Source: Polyangiaceae bacterium (GTDB lineage: Bacteria > Myxococcota_A > Polyangia > Polyangiales > Polyangiaceae). From it: a stretch of 62,944 nt of DNA. Of this stretch, positions 27,443 to 36,273 are shown in pieces. Numbering within the stretch: position 1 is the stretch's first letter; each line of letters begins with the position of its first letter. A program made the position numbers and the translations under genes. The DNA lies in the NCBI GenBank assembly GCA_044222475.1, contig JBGANF010000039.1:1-62944 (forward strand), read 5' to 3'. The notes beneath the pieces were generated by a model. It made no database searches. It was not told the origin of the DNA and worked only from the letters and a program-made list of their open reading frames with translations.

Positions 27443-28567
27443 GTGACCGTCGCCATCACCGGAACCGGCCTCTACACCCCGAAACACTCGATCTCGAACG
27501 ACGAGCTCGTGGCGGCGTTCAACGCTTGGGTCACCGCCGAGAACGCCAAGAACGCCGACGCGATCGCCCGTGGCGAGGCGAAGGCGCTCGAGCCGTCGTC
27601 CGCCGAGTTCATCACCAGCGCGTCCGGGATCGGCCGGCGCTACGCGATGGACCGGACCGGCATCCTCGATCCCGCGATCCTCGCTCCGCGCATCCCCGAG
27701 CGTGCCAACGAAGAGAACGGCATCCAGTGCGAGATGTCCCTCGCGGCGGCCGGCGAAGCGTTGTCCCAAGCTGGGACGACGCCGGATCGGATCGGCGCCG
27801 TCATCGTCGCGTGCTCGAACCTCCAGCGCGCGTACCCCGCGGTCGCGGTCGAGGTCCAAGAGGCGCTCGGCGCCAAGGGCTTCGCGTTCGACATGAACGT
27901 CGCGTGCTCCTCGGCGACGTTCGGGATCACCATGGCTCGCGACTTGGTTGCTGCCGGCACCGTCGACGCGGCGCTCGTCGTGTCACCGGAGATCTGCACC
28001 GGGCACCTCAACTTCCGCGACCGGGAGAGCCACTTCATCTTCGGCGACGCGTGCACCGCCGTCGTGGTCGAGGACGTCGAGAAGACACGCGCGAAGGTCG
28101 CCTGGGAGATCCTCGGCACGCGCCTCGCGACGAAGTACTCGAACAACATCCGGAACAACGCCGGGTTCCTCAGCCGCTGCGCGCCGGAGCACCGCGACGA
28201 CCCCGACAAGCTGTTCGTCCAGCAGGGCCGCAAGGTCTTCAAGGAGGTCTCCCCGATGGTCGCCGACCTCATCTCGGCCCACCTCGAGAGCCTCGCCATC
28301 GCCCCGTCGAGCGTTCGTCGGATGTGGCTCCACCAGGCCAACGGGACGATGAACGCGTGGATCGCGCGCAAGGTCCTCGGGCGCGACGCGACCGCGGAAG
28401 AAGCGCCGTCCGTCCTCGAGGAGTACGCGAACACGAGCTCCGCGGGATCGATCATCACGTTCCACAAGAACCGCGAAGCCCTCGAAAACGGCGACATCGG
28501 CGTCATCTGTTCGTTCGGCGCGGGCTACTCGGTCGGCAGCGTGGTCGTGAAGAAGACGGTGCGATGA
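27443..28567 (+). CDS. Beta-ketoacyl-ACP synthase III (long-form FabH-like)
   Basis: VACSS catalytic Cys, FGD, HQAN, ANTSSA and FGAG; GTG at 27443. Confidence 0.9.
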   Translation: MTVAITGTGLYTPKHSISNDELVAAFNAWVTAENAKNADAIARGEAKALEPSSAEFITSASGIGRRYAMDRTGILDPAILAPRIPERANEENGIQCEMSLAAAGEALSQAGTTPDRIGAVIVACSNLQRAYPAVAVEVQEALGAKGFAFDMNVACSSATFGITMARDLVAAGTVDAALVVSPEICTGHLNFRDRESHFIFGDACTAVVVEDVEKTRAKVAWEILGTRLATKYSNNIRNNAGFLSRCAPEHRDDPDKLFVQQGRKVFKEVSPMVADLISAHLESLAIAPSSVRRMWLHQANGTMNAWIARKVLGRDATAEEAPSVLEEYANTSSAGSIITFHKNREALENGDIGVICSFGAGYSVGSVVVKKTVR

Positions 28568-29946
28568 CCGCGATCCCGATGCCGCCGACGCTCCCGTTCG
28601 TCGGCCACATGCACATCTTCGCGACCGACAACATGATCGAGCGCTTCGACGAGCTCGCGCTACGCGCGCCCGGCGGGATCTACGCTCTGCAGACGCCCTA
28701 CGGTCGTCTGATCGTCGCGTACGCCGCCGACATCGTGAAAGAGCTGCTCGACGAGTCGCGCTTCGCCAAGGTCGTCATCGGTCCGCTCGAGAACGTGCGC
28801 GAGTTCTCCGGCGACGGCCTCTTCACCGCGCACGCGCACGAGCCGAACTGGGGCAAGGCTCATCGGATCCTGACGCCGGGCTTCACCGCGCCGTCGATGA
28901 AGAACTTCTACCCCGACATGCTCGTGGTCGCGCAGCAGCTCGTCGCGCACTGGCGCCGCGCCGCCGCGACCGGAGCGAAGGTCCTCGTCACCGAAGACAC
29001 CACTCGGCTCACGCTCGACACGATTGCGCGCTGCGGTTTCGACTACGATTTCGGCTCGTTCGACCGCGCCGAGCTGCACCCGTTCCTTCAGGCGATGACG
29101 CGCGCTCTCTTCGAGTCGGGCGCGATGTCGCGCCGTCCGCCGCCGCTCCAGCGCTTCGCGAAGAAGGAGCGTCGTCAGTTCGAGGCGGACATCAAGGAGA
29201 TGAACGAGCTGGTGGACCGCGTCATCCGCGAGCGTCACCTCTTGGACTCGACCGAGGCGGCGAAGAAGCGCGACTTCCTCTCTCTCATGCTCGGAGCGAA
29301 GGACAAGATCACCGGCGAGCCGCTCGACGACGTCAACATCCGCTATCAGGTTCTCACCTTCCTCATCGCCGGCCACGAGACGACCAGCGGCCTCCTTGCG
29401 TTCACGCTCTACTACTTGCTCCAGCACCGCGACGTGTGGGACCGCGCCCGCGCCGAGGTCGATCGCGTCTTCGGCGACACGGCCGAGCCGACGTTCAGCC
29501 AGGTCGGCGAGCTGGCAACCATCCAGGCGATCCTCTTCGAGGCGCTGCGCCTGTGGCCCTCGGCGCCAGCGTTCACCGTCGCGAGCAGCGCTCGGGAGAC
29601 GGTCGCCGGCTTCTCCATCGAGCCCGGCGAGCCGGTCATGATCCTCCTCCCGCGTCTCCATCGCGACCCCACCATCTACGATCGCCCCGAGGAGTTCTTG
29701 CCGTCCCGCTTCGAGGGCGACGCCGCGAAGGCGATCCCGACCTGGGCCTACAAGCCGTTCGGCAACGGCAAGCGCGCGTGCATCGGTCGTCAGTTCGCGC
29801 TCGTCGAGGCGAAGCTCGCCCTCGCGTTGATCCTCCGGAGCTTCGATCTCGAGCCCGAGGCCGGCTATGCGCTGCGCGTGCGCGACACGCTCTCCGTCAA
29901 ACCGGACGGGTTCCGCGTGCGCGTTCGCGAGCGCTCTACTTCGTGA
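28564..29946 (+). CDS. Cytochrome P450, CYP102-like heme domain without reductase
   Basis: GDGLFT, TFLIAGHETTSG, EALRLWP, LHRDP and PFGNGKRACIG; start overlaps the KAS III stop. Confidence 0.92.
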   Translation: MTAIPMPPTLPFVGHMHIFATDNMIERFDELALRAPGGIYALQTPYGRLIVAYAADIVKELLDESRFAKVVIGPLENVREFSGDGLFTAHAHEPNWGKAHRILTPGFTAPSMKNFYPDMLVVAQQLVAHWRRAAATGAKVLVTEDTTRLTLDTIARCGFDYDFGSFDRAELHPFLQAMTRALFESGAMSRRPPPLQRFAKKERRQFEADIKEMNELVDRVIRERHLLDSTEAAKKRDFLSLMLGAKDKITGEPLDDVNIRYQVLTFLIAGHETTSGLLAFTLYYLLQHRDVWDRARAEVDRVFGDTAEPTFSQVGELATIQAILFEALRLWPSAPAFTVASSARETVAGFSIEPGEPVMILLPRLHRDPTIYDRPEEFLPSRFEGDAAKAIPTWAYKPFGNGKRACIGRQFALVEAKLALALILRSFDLEPEAGYALRVRDTLSVKPDGFRVRVRERSTS

Positions 29947-31960
29947 CGAGCGAGACCGCGCCGTCCCAGTCGGCCGGCGGCGGCGCAGCGAGGAATCCAT
30001 CGGCGGTTGCCGCGAGGAGCTCGTAGCCGACGCGCGCGCGCGGGTACGCGTCGGCGAGCGCGCGGTAGCGTCGCGCGGCCTCCGGCCAGTCCCGTCCGTG
30101 CAGAGCAGCGAGCGCTACGCGCGCGGCATCGGCGTGCGCAGCGTGGCGTCGCGCCTCCGGGCTCCCATCGGCTTCGCCGAGGACCTCGAAGACGGCGATC
30201 GCGTCGCGCTTTCCTTTGGGGATGAAGCTGCCGAGCGGTCGGAGCACGAAGGCGTCGGGTGGGAGCGTCGCCGCGACGGCGTCGGTGACGAGCATCACCG
30301 CGCCGAGCTGCTTCGTCATCCCTTCGAGTCGCGACGCCGTGTTCACGACGTCGCCGAGCACGGTGTACGAGCGCTTCTGCGGCGAGCCGATGAGCCCGGC
30401 GACGACCGGGCCGCGGTGGATCCCGAAGCCCACCTCGAGCTGACGCTCGGGCGTCGTCCCGTTCATGCGGGCGAGCTCCTCGCGCATGGCGAGCGCGGCG
30501 CGCACGGCGATCGTTCCATCGTCGCGGTGAGCGTCCTTCGGTGCATCGCCGAGGCCGAACAACGCCATGACGGCGTCGCCGATGAACTTGTCGACGACGC
30601 CGCCCTCGCGCTCGATCGCGCGCGTCATCTGCCCGAGGAACTCGTTGAGGAAGGTGACGACCTCGTCGGGAGCGGTGGCCTCGGCGTAGCTGGTGAACCC
30701 GCGGATGTCGGAGAAGAGGACGCAGACCTCGCGGCGTTGACCGCGGAAGCCGGCGCGCCCCGTGTCCTCCAGGAGCAGCTCGATCGATCGCTGACCGACG
30801 AAGCGACCGGCAGCGTGCAGCAGCCACGCGTCGCGTGAGAGCTCGCGTAGCGCGACCTCGAGCTCTTCGCGGAGCAGGTCGGCGCTGGTGGCGTCGACGA
30901 GACGAAGCGCGGCGCGGAGCGCCTCCGTCGCGCGGGTGACGGCGCCCATCTTCGCGTGCGCGCGGCCGAGCGTCCCGAGCACGCGCGCGCGCGCGACCGG
31001 AGCGCCATCCGCCGCGAGATCCACCAGCGCCGATTCGAGGAACGTGATCGCGGACTCCGCGTCCCCGTGCTCGAGCTTCTCGGTCCCGCGAAGGTGCGCG
31101 ATGGCGGCGCGCGGGCTCGCGGCGAACGCATCGGGGACGGACGCGGCCGCGAGATCGGCCTCGGCGCGGGCGAGCCACTCCTCGCCGCGCTCGCCTTTGG
31201 TCACGCGGCCGAGGCCGATGCACGCGAACGCGTGGGAGAACCGGTCGCCGGCCGCGTCCGCGGATGCGACGGCGCGGGCGAACCGCTCGCGCGCGACGTC
31301 GTGTCGACCGGTGTCGGCGGCGCAGTCCCCGAGGTGCACGAGCAGCTGCGCACGGAGTCGCTCGCGGCGAGCGTTCGACTCGCCCTCGCCGTCGAGGATG
31401 GCGAGGTCTTCGAGGAAGTGAGCCTCGGCGCTGGCCACGTTTCCGATGTCGAGGCAGAGCCGACCCAGGTTGCCGAGCGTGATCGCGAGCCCGGTGACGT
31501 CACCGCTCTCGCGTCGGAGGGCGAGGGAGCGCGCGAGCTCGCGCTGCGCCGCATCCCACTGTCCGTCGCGGTGGAGCAGCTGACCGAGCGTGTCGTGGAT
31601 GCGAGCGAGGTACGCTTTCGCCGAGGGGCTCGCGGCCGCGAGCGGGGCGAGCGTGTCACGCGCTCGGTTCAGATCGCGGAGCGCACGGGCGATGTCTTCG
31701 TCGACGCGGAGCGCGAAGAACCCGGCAAGGTGAAAGAAGCGACCGCGGGCTTCGGGCGCGAGCTCTTCCTCGCGCGGACGGAGCACCGCGAGGACGTCGT
31801 GGAGGAGCTTTGCATGCCGGCGCGCGTCCGTCGCCGCGGCGGCGGCGATGCGGAGCAGCAGGTCGAGATCGTCTTCGTCGGCTCGGCCGCTCTCGATCGC
31901 GAGCTCCGCGCATGCGGTCGCGTGCGCGTCGAGTCCGTGACGCCGCAAGAGGTCGTGCAC
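29936..31960 (-). CDS. TPR-containing class III adenylate/guanylate cyclase
   Basis: TPR-like helices; FSDIRGFT, DKFIGDAVM, GIHRG and YTVLGDVVNTASRLE; GTG start at 31960 inferred. Confidence 0.88.
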   Translation of the reverse strand: MHDLLRRHGLDAHATACAELAIESGRADEDDLDLLLRIAAAAATDARRHAKLLHDVLAVLRPREEELAPEARGRFFHLAGFFALRVDEDIARALRDLNRARDTLAPLAAASPSAKAYLARIHDTLGQLLHRDGQWDAAQRELARSLALRRESGDVTGLAITLGNLGRLCLDIGNVASAEAHFLEDLAILDGEGESNARRERLRAQLLVHLGDCAADTGRHDVARERFARAVASADAAGDRFSHAFACIGLGRVTKGERGEEWLARAEADLAAASVPDAFAASPRAAIAHLRGTEKLEHGDAESAITFLESALVDLAADGAPVARARVLGTLGRAHAKMGAVTRATEALRAALRLVDATSADLLREELEVALRELSRDAWLLHAAGRFVGQRSIELLLEDTGRAGFRGQRREVCVLFSDIRGFTSYAEATAPDEVVTFLNEFLGQMTRAIEREGGVVDKFIGDAVMALFGLGDAPKDAHRDDGTIAVRAALAMREELARMNGTTPERQLEVGFGIHRGPVVAGLIGSPQKRSYTVLGDVVNTASRLEGMTKQLGAVMLVTDAVAATLPPDAFVLRPLGSFIPKGKRDAIAVFEVLGEADGSPEARRHAAHADAARVALAALHGRDWPEAARRYRALADAYPRARVGYELLAATADGFLAAPPPADWDGAVSLVTK

Positions 31961-31964
31961 GGGC

Positions 31965-32975
31965 TCAGGGTACGGCGGGAACGGTCTGCGCGCCGGGATC
32001 GACGGTCGTCGCCGGCGGCGGCGCTTGGGTCTGCACGCCGGGATCCGCCGCTGCGCCGCTCGCGGTCGCGCTGACCGTTCCATCGGCAGGGGCCGCGGTG
32101 TGAGCTTCGTTGCCGACGTCGCTGGTGCCTTCGTCGGCGCCGGTGTTCGGCGCGTTGTAGCGCGGCGCCTCGCCGGGCTTCGAGTAGTCGATCCAGTACG
32201 CCGACGTCGCCCGCGTATCCATGTGAACGAAGACGCTGTTCGGGTAGTAGCCGCAGCCCACGTTGCGCAGCGTGCGGCAGAAATCGCGCAGCACTTCGTT
32301 GGGTACGCCCGTGACGCGGAAGTCCACGGCGTGACCGACGTTGTGGTTCGAGTGCGCGGTGTACTGCGTCGGCGAATAGGGCCGGAAGCCGCTGACGATC
32401 TCGATCGGCCGGCTGCCGAAGTGATCCGACACGATGCCGAGCAGAGCGAGCAGGCGCGGGTCGAGCTCGTGGGTGGCGCCGCCGGCGGAGCGGAACAGGT
32501 GCTCGGCCGTCTTCAGGGTGGTGGGGGCGATGCGCCCACGGCGATCGGTCACGCGGAGCGCGAAGTCTTCGTTGAAGAGGAGGCGCTTGCCGTGGATGAC
32601 CCCGGGCGAGGTCGCACGAGCGGCGTACGTCCGCGGAGCGGGCGGCGGGGCCGGCGGGACAGGGTGGGCAGGCGGAGTGGCGCCGTGAGCTCCGGCCGGT
32701 GCGACGCCATGGGCTCCGGCGATCGACGGCGGGGGCGCCGGCCTCGCGGGCGGGGGCGTGACGCCGGGGATGATCAGGGTCTGGCCAATGCGCAGGTGTT
32801 GGGGATCCCGGACGTGGTTCGCGTCGGCGATCGCCTTCACGGTGACGTGGTAGCGGTGGGCGATCGCCTCGAGGGTGTGGCCCCGCTGCACGACGTGGGT
32901 CACGTCGGCCCGAGCCGGGCTGGCGTTCGCGAGCGCGATCCCGGCGGCGGCGACCGCAATCGCCATGCGAATCAT
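31965..32975 (-). CDS. LysM plus peptidase M15/YcbK (DUF882)-like protein
   Basis: Signal peptide; HVVQRGHTL..IA LysM; LDPRLL, IVSGFR, SNHNVGHAVDF and FVHMD. Confidence 0.85.
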   Translation of the reverse strand: MIRMAIAVAAAGIALANASPARADVTHVVQRGHTLEAIAHRYHVTVKAIADANHVRDPQHLRIGQTLIIPGVTPPPARPAPPPSIAGAHGVAPAGAHGATPPAHPVPPAPPPAPRTYAARATSPGVIHGKRLLFNEDFALRVTDRRGRIAPTTLKTAEHLFRSAGGATHELDPRLLALLGIVSDHFGSRPIEIVSGFRPYSPTQYTAHSNHNVGHAVDFRVTGVPNEVLRDFCRTLRNVGCGYYPNSVFVHMDTRATSAYWIDYSKPGEAPRYNAPNTGADEGTSDVGNEAHTAAPADGTVSATASGAAADPGVQTQAPPPATTVDPGAQTVPAVP

Positions 32976-33098
32976 GCGCTTACCGTTTCCAGACGTCGAA
33001 GGTGCGCGTTTGTCCCACCGGTGCTGCATGAAGAGGGCTTACCACAATCCCGCTCTTTTTTGACCCCTGGCTTTCCAGGGTGCCACACTACGTATCCA

Positions 33099-34808
33099 AT
33101 GGGCGAAGGGAAGAACCTCGTCGGAGTCGACATCGGGGCGAGCTCCGTCAAAGTCGTGCAGCTCAAGGAGTCGCGAAAGCGCCTGAGCGTCGTGAAATAC
33201 GGCTTCGCCCAGCTGCCGCCGCAGACGATCGTCGACGGCCACGTGATGAACCGCGGCGCGGTGATCGAGGCCCTCGAGCGCATCTTCCGCGAGCAGAAGA
33301 TCAGCCAGCGCGAGGTCGCCGCCGGCGTCTACGGGCAGAGCGTCATCGTGCGAAAGATCACGATCCCGCTCATGACCGCGGCCGAGCTCGCGGAGCAGAT
33401 CACCTGGGAGGCGGAGCAGCACATCCCCTTCGACATCAAGGTGATGAACATCGACTACGAGGTTCTGCGCCGTCGCCCCGACGCGGGGCAGATGGACATC
33501 CTCCTCGTCGCCGCCAAGAAGGACGAGATCAACGACTTCGCGGGCATCCTCAAGGAAGCCAAGCTCAAGCCGACCACGATCGACATCAACGCGTTCACCG
33601 TCCAGAACGTGCTCGAGTACGTCCACGGGTTGCCCGAGGACCAGACGGTCGCGATCCTCAACGTCGGCGCGGCGGTCTCGTCGCTCAACATCATCTCGCG
33701 CGGCGTCTCGGCGTTCACTCGCGAGGTGACCAACGCCGGCAACACCATCACCGAGGAAATCCAGCGTCAGCTCGGGGTTCCGTTCGAGCAAGCGGAAGAG
33801 ATGAAGATGGCCGCGGCGAGCGGGCAAGTGCCGCCGCAGGTCCACGCGATCATCGCGCAAGCGTGCGATGCGCTCGCGGGAGAGATCCAGCGTTCGCTCG
33901 ACTTCTACCTCGCCACCAGCGGCGAGGCCGAGATTCACCGCATCGTCGTCTGCGGTGGCAGCGTCTTCCTGCCCGCGCTCATGCCGTCGATCGAGAAGCG
34001 CGCTCGCGTTCCGGTCATGGTCCTCGACGCGATGGCGAACTTCACCGTCGAGCGCGGGGTCAACGAGCAGGATCTTCGCGCCCGCGCTCCCCAGCTCGCG
34101 GTCGCCGTCGGACTCGCGCTCCGCACCGACAAAGAGACTCGAAGCCTCGACACCCGGCGCGTTCGCGTCAACCTGCTGTCGCAGCGCAAGGACACGAAGA
34201 AGGCGGGCGCGGCTGGCGAGGGCGGCCAGGGGTGGCTCGTCGCGGTCATGGGCGCGATCCTGCTCGAGCTGCTCATCCTGTTCTTCGTCCACAAGGCGAA
34301 GACCGATCGCCTCGCGGAGATCAACCGGGACAACGCCGGCCTGCAGGCGAGCATCGACAAGATCAAGAGCGACACCAAGGATCACGCGACGATCAAGACC
34401 CAGCTCCAGGAGCTACGCGATCGCGAGGACGCGGTGACCAAGCTCCAGACGTCGCGTACGGGACCGACGTCGTCGCTCCTCGAGCTCGGGAAGATCCTCA
34501 CGCCCGGACGCGGGCCGACGGTCGACCGCGACAAGCTCGAGCAGCTCAAGCACGACAACCCTGCCGCGGTGCCGAACCCGAACTGGGATCCGCGTCGGCT
34601 CTGGATCACGAAGTACTCCGAGCTCGACCGCAACGTGAAGGTCGAAGGGCTCGCCCGTGACGGCGAAGACGTCGCCGAGTTCCTCCGACGCATGTCCTTG
34701 AGCGACTACTACTACGAAGTGCGCCCGCTCCCAGCGAGCGAGATCACCGACTCGGTGACGAAGATCCAGCTCAAGCAGTTCGCGGTGAGCGCGAAGGTGA
34801 GGTACTGA
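33099..34808 (+). CDS. pilM: Type IV pilus PilM-PilN fusion protein
   Basis: VGVDIGASSVKVV, LNVGA, EIQRSLDFY, CGGS and VGLALR (PilM) continue in frame into RVNLL, a TM segment, a coiled coil and LWITKY..VEGLA (PilN). Confidence 0.88.
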   Translation: MGEGKNLVGVDIGASSVKVVQLKESRKRLSVVKYGFAQLPPQTIVDGHVMNRGAVIEALERIFREQKISQREVAAGVYGQSVIVRKITIPLMTAAELAEQITWEAEQHIPFDIKVMNIDYEVLRRRPDAGQMDILLVAAKKDEINDFAGILKEAKLKPTTIDINAFTVQNVLEYVHGLPEDQTVAILNVGAAVSSLNIISRGVSAFTREVTNAGNTITEEIQRQLGVPFEQAEEMKMAAASGQVPPQVHAIIAQACDALAGEIQRSLDFYLATSGEAEIHRIVVCGGSVFLPALMPSIEKRARVPVMVLDAMANFTVERGVNEQDLRARAPQLAVAVGLALRTDKETRSLDTRRVRVNLLSQRKDTKKAGAAGEGGQGWLVAVMGAILLELLILFFVHKAKTDRLAEINRDNAGLQASIDKIKSDTKDHATIKTQLQELRDREDAVTKLQTSRTGPTSSLLELGKILTPGRGPTVDRDKLEQLKHDNPAAVPNPNWDPRRLWITKYSELDRNVKVEGLARDGEDVAEFLRRMSLSDYYYEVRPLPASEITDSVTKIQLKQFAVSAKVRY

Positions 34809-34809
34809 G

Positions 34810-35448
34810 ATGGCGGCGAAAGAAAGCGCTCTCTCGAAGCTCGGGACGCCGGCCAAGGTCGGAATCGGCCTCGCGTTCGTCACCTTGATCGGGCTCGGCT
34901 ACTGGGTCGTTCTCTACAGCGACGTGTCCGCCAAGATCACCTCGGCGAACAGCCAGAACACGGCGAAGAAGAAAGAGCTCGCCGACCAGCAGCTCGTCCA
35001 GACGACCTACCTCAACGACAAGGACGAGCTCGCGCGCCGCCAGCAACAGCAGGGCGAGCTCAACCGCGTGCTCCCCGCGGAAGCGGAGGCCGCGAGCTTT
35101 CTGACCGCCCTCCAGCAGATCGCGAACATCAGCGGTGTCGACCTGAAGGCGTGGCAGCCGATGGAGGAGCAGCAGCAGACCTTCTACGCGAAGGTGCCGA
35201 TGCGGCTCGAGATCTCCGGGAAATTCCACCAGATCGCGAAGTTCACGTACGAGGCCGCTCGCGTGCAGCGCATCATGAACGTCGAGAACCTCGAGCTGAC
35301 CGATCCGAAGCTCGAAGGCGACGAAGTACGGCTCAAGGCGAAGTGCCTCGCGATCGCGTTCCACGCGGTGAAACCGAAGCCGGCGGCAGCGCCGCCGCCC
35401 GCGCCGGGCGGTGCCGCGCCGGCGCCGCCTCCGGGAGGCAAGAAATGA
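34810..35448 (+). CDS. pilO: Type IV pilus assembly protein PilO
   Basis: TM, coiled coil, LP..E, FYAKVPMRLEISGKFHQIAKF and RIMNV; operon position. Confidence 0.9.
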   Translation: MAAKESALSKLGTPAKVGIGLAFVTLIGLGYWVVLYSDVSAKITSANSQNTAKKKELADQQLVQTTYLNDKDELARRQQQQGELNRVLPAEAEAASFLTALQQIANISGVDLKAWQPMEEQQQTFYAKVPMRLEISGKFHQIAKFTYEAARVQRIMNVENLELTDPKLEGDEVRLKAKCLAIAFHAVKPKPAAAPPPAPGGAAPAPPPGGKK

Positions 35449-36047
35449 AGCGCGTCGTCCTCGCATCCGTCGTGCTCGGGCTCGCGGCGTTCGCCGCCGC
35501 CTGCAACAGCACGCCGACCCAACCCGGCGGCGCTCCCAAGCCCGGCGGTCCTCCGCCAGTGCGCGGCGCCGCCGCCGCCGCGTCCGCGTCGGCGAGCGCG
35601 ATGCCGCCGACGGCGGTGATGGAGTTCGCCGAGAACGACTTCACCGAGAGCGATCACTCGCGCGATCCGTTCCGCTCGTTCGCCGGGATGTTCATCGAAG
35701 ACCGCAGCAAGCCGCACGCGCGTCAGGTCGAGGTCGTGCTCGGCCAGTACTCGATCGACGAGCTCAAGCTCGTGGCGATCGTCCAGAGCGGCGACTACCC
35801 GCGGGCGATGCTGGTCGACCCGACGTCGAAGGGGTGGGTCGTGAAGCGCGGTGACTACATCGGTCGTCCCGACACGGTACACACCGGCGGAGGCACGGGG
35901 GGCACGGACTATCAGGTGAACTGGCGAGTCGATCGAATCCGCGACGGCGACATCGTGCTGACGCGAGAAGATCCCGCGCAGCCGGGCCAGCCGCCAGCGA
36001 CGCGAGTGCTGCCTTTGCACCCCGAGAGCGAAGAGAAGGGCACCTAG
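35445..36047 (+). CDS. pilP: Type IV pilus lipoprotein PilP
   Basis: Lipobox AAAC; RDPF, YSIDELKLVAIV, AMLVDP and VKRGDYIG. Confidence 0.9.
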   Translation: MKRVVLASVVLGLAAFAAACNSTPTQPGGAPKPGGPPPVRGAAAAASASASAMPPTAVMEFAENDFTESDHSRDPFRSFAGMFIEDRSKPHARQVEVVLGQYSIDELKLVAIVQSGDYPRAMLVDPTSKGWVVKRGDYIGRPDTVHTGGGTGGTDYQVNWRVDRIRDGDIVLTREDPAQPGQPPATRVLPLHPESEEKGT

Positions 36048-36215
36048 CCCCCGTCCACGTGCACGTTCACGTGCACGTCCCCGTTCACGTGCACGTCCCC
36101 GTTCACGTGCACGTCCCCGTTCACGTACACGTCCCCGTTCACGTCCCCGTTCACGTGCACGTGCACGTGCTCGTAGTCGTGTTCGTGTTCGTACACGTTC
36201 CCGTTCCCGTGCACG
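36048..36215. repeat. Intergenic hexamer-based repeat with 18-bp higher-order unit CACGTGCACGTCCCCGTT
   Basis: Four near-perfect 18-mers from 36068 plus flanking hexamers. Confidence 0.9.
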
Positions 36216-36273
36216 CCGGCTTTCTTAAGCCAAAAAGTGGTTCGTTTCCGATCCCGCGAAGTACCGTCACGAC

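Noticed and set aside
32025..33098. N-terminal extension of the 927-aa ORF
   Set aside because: Antisense to the LysM peptidase; PilM similarity starts at ATG 33099.
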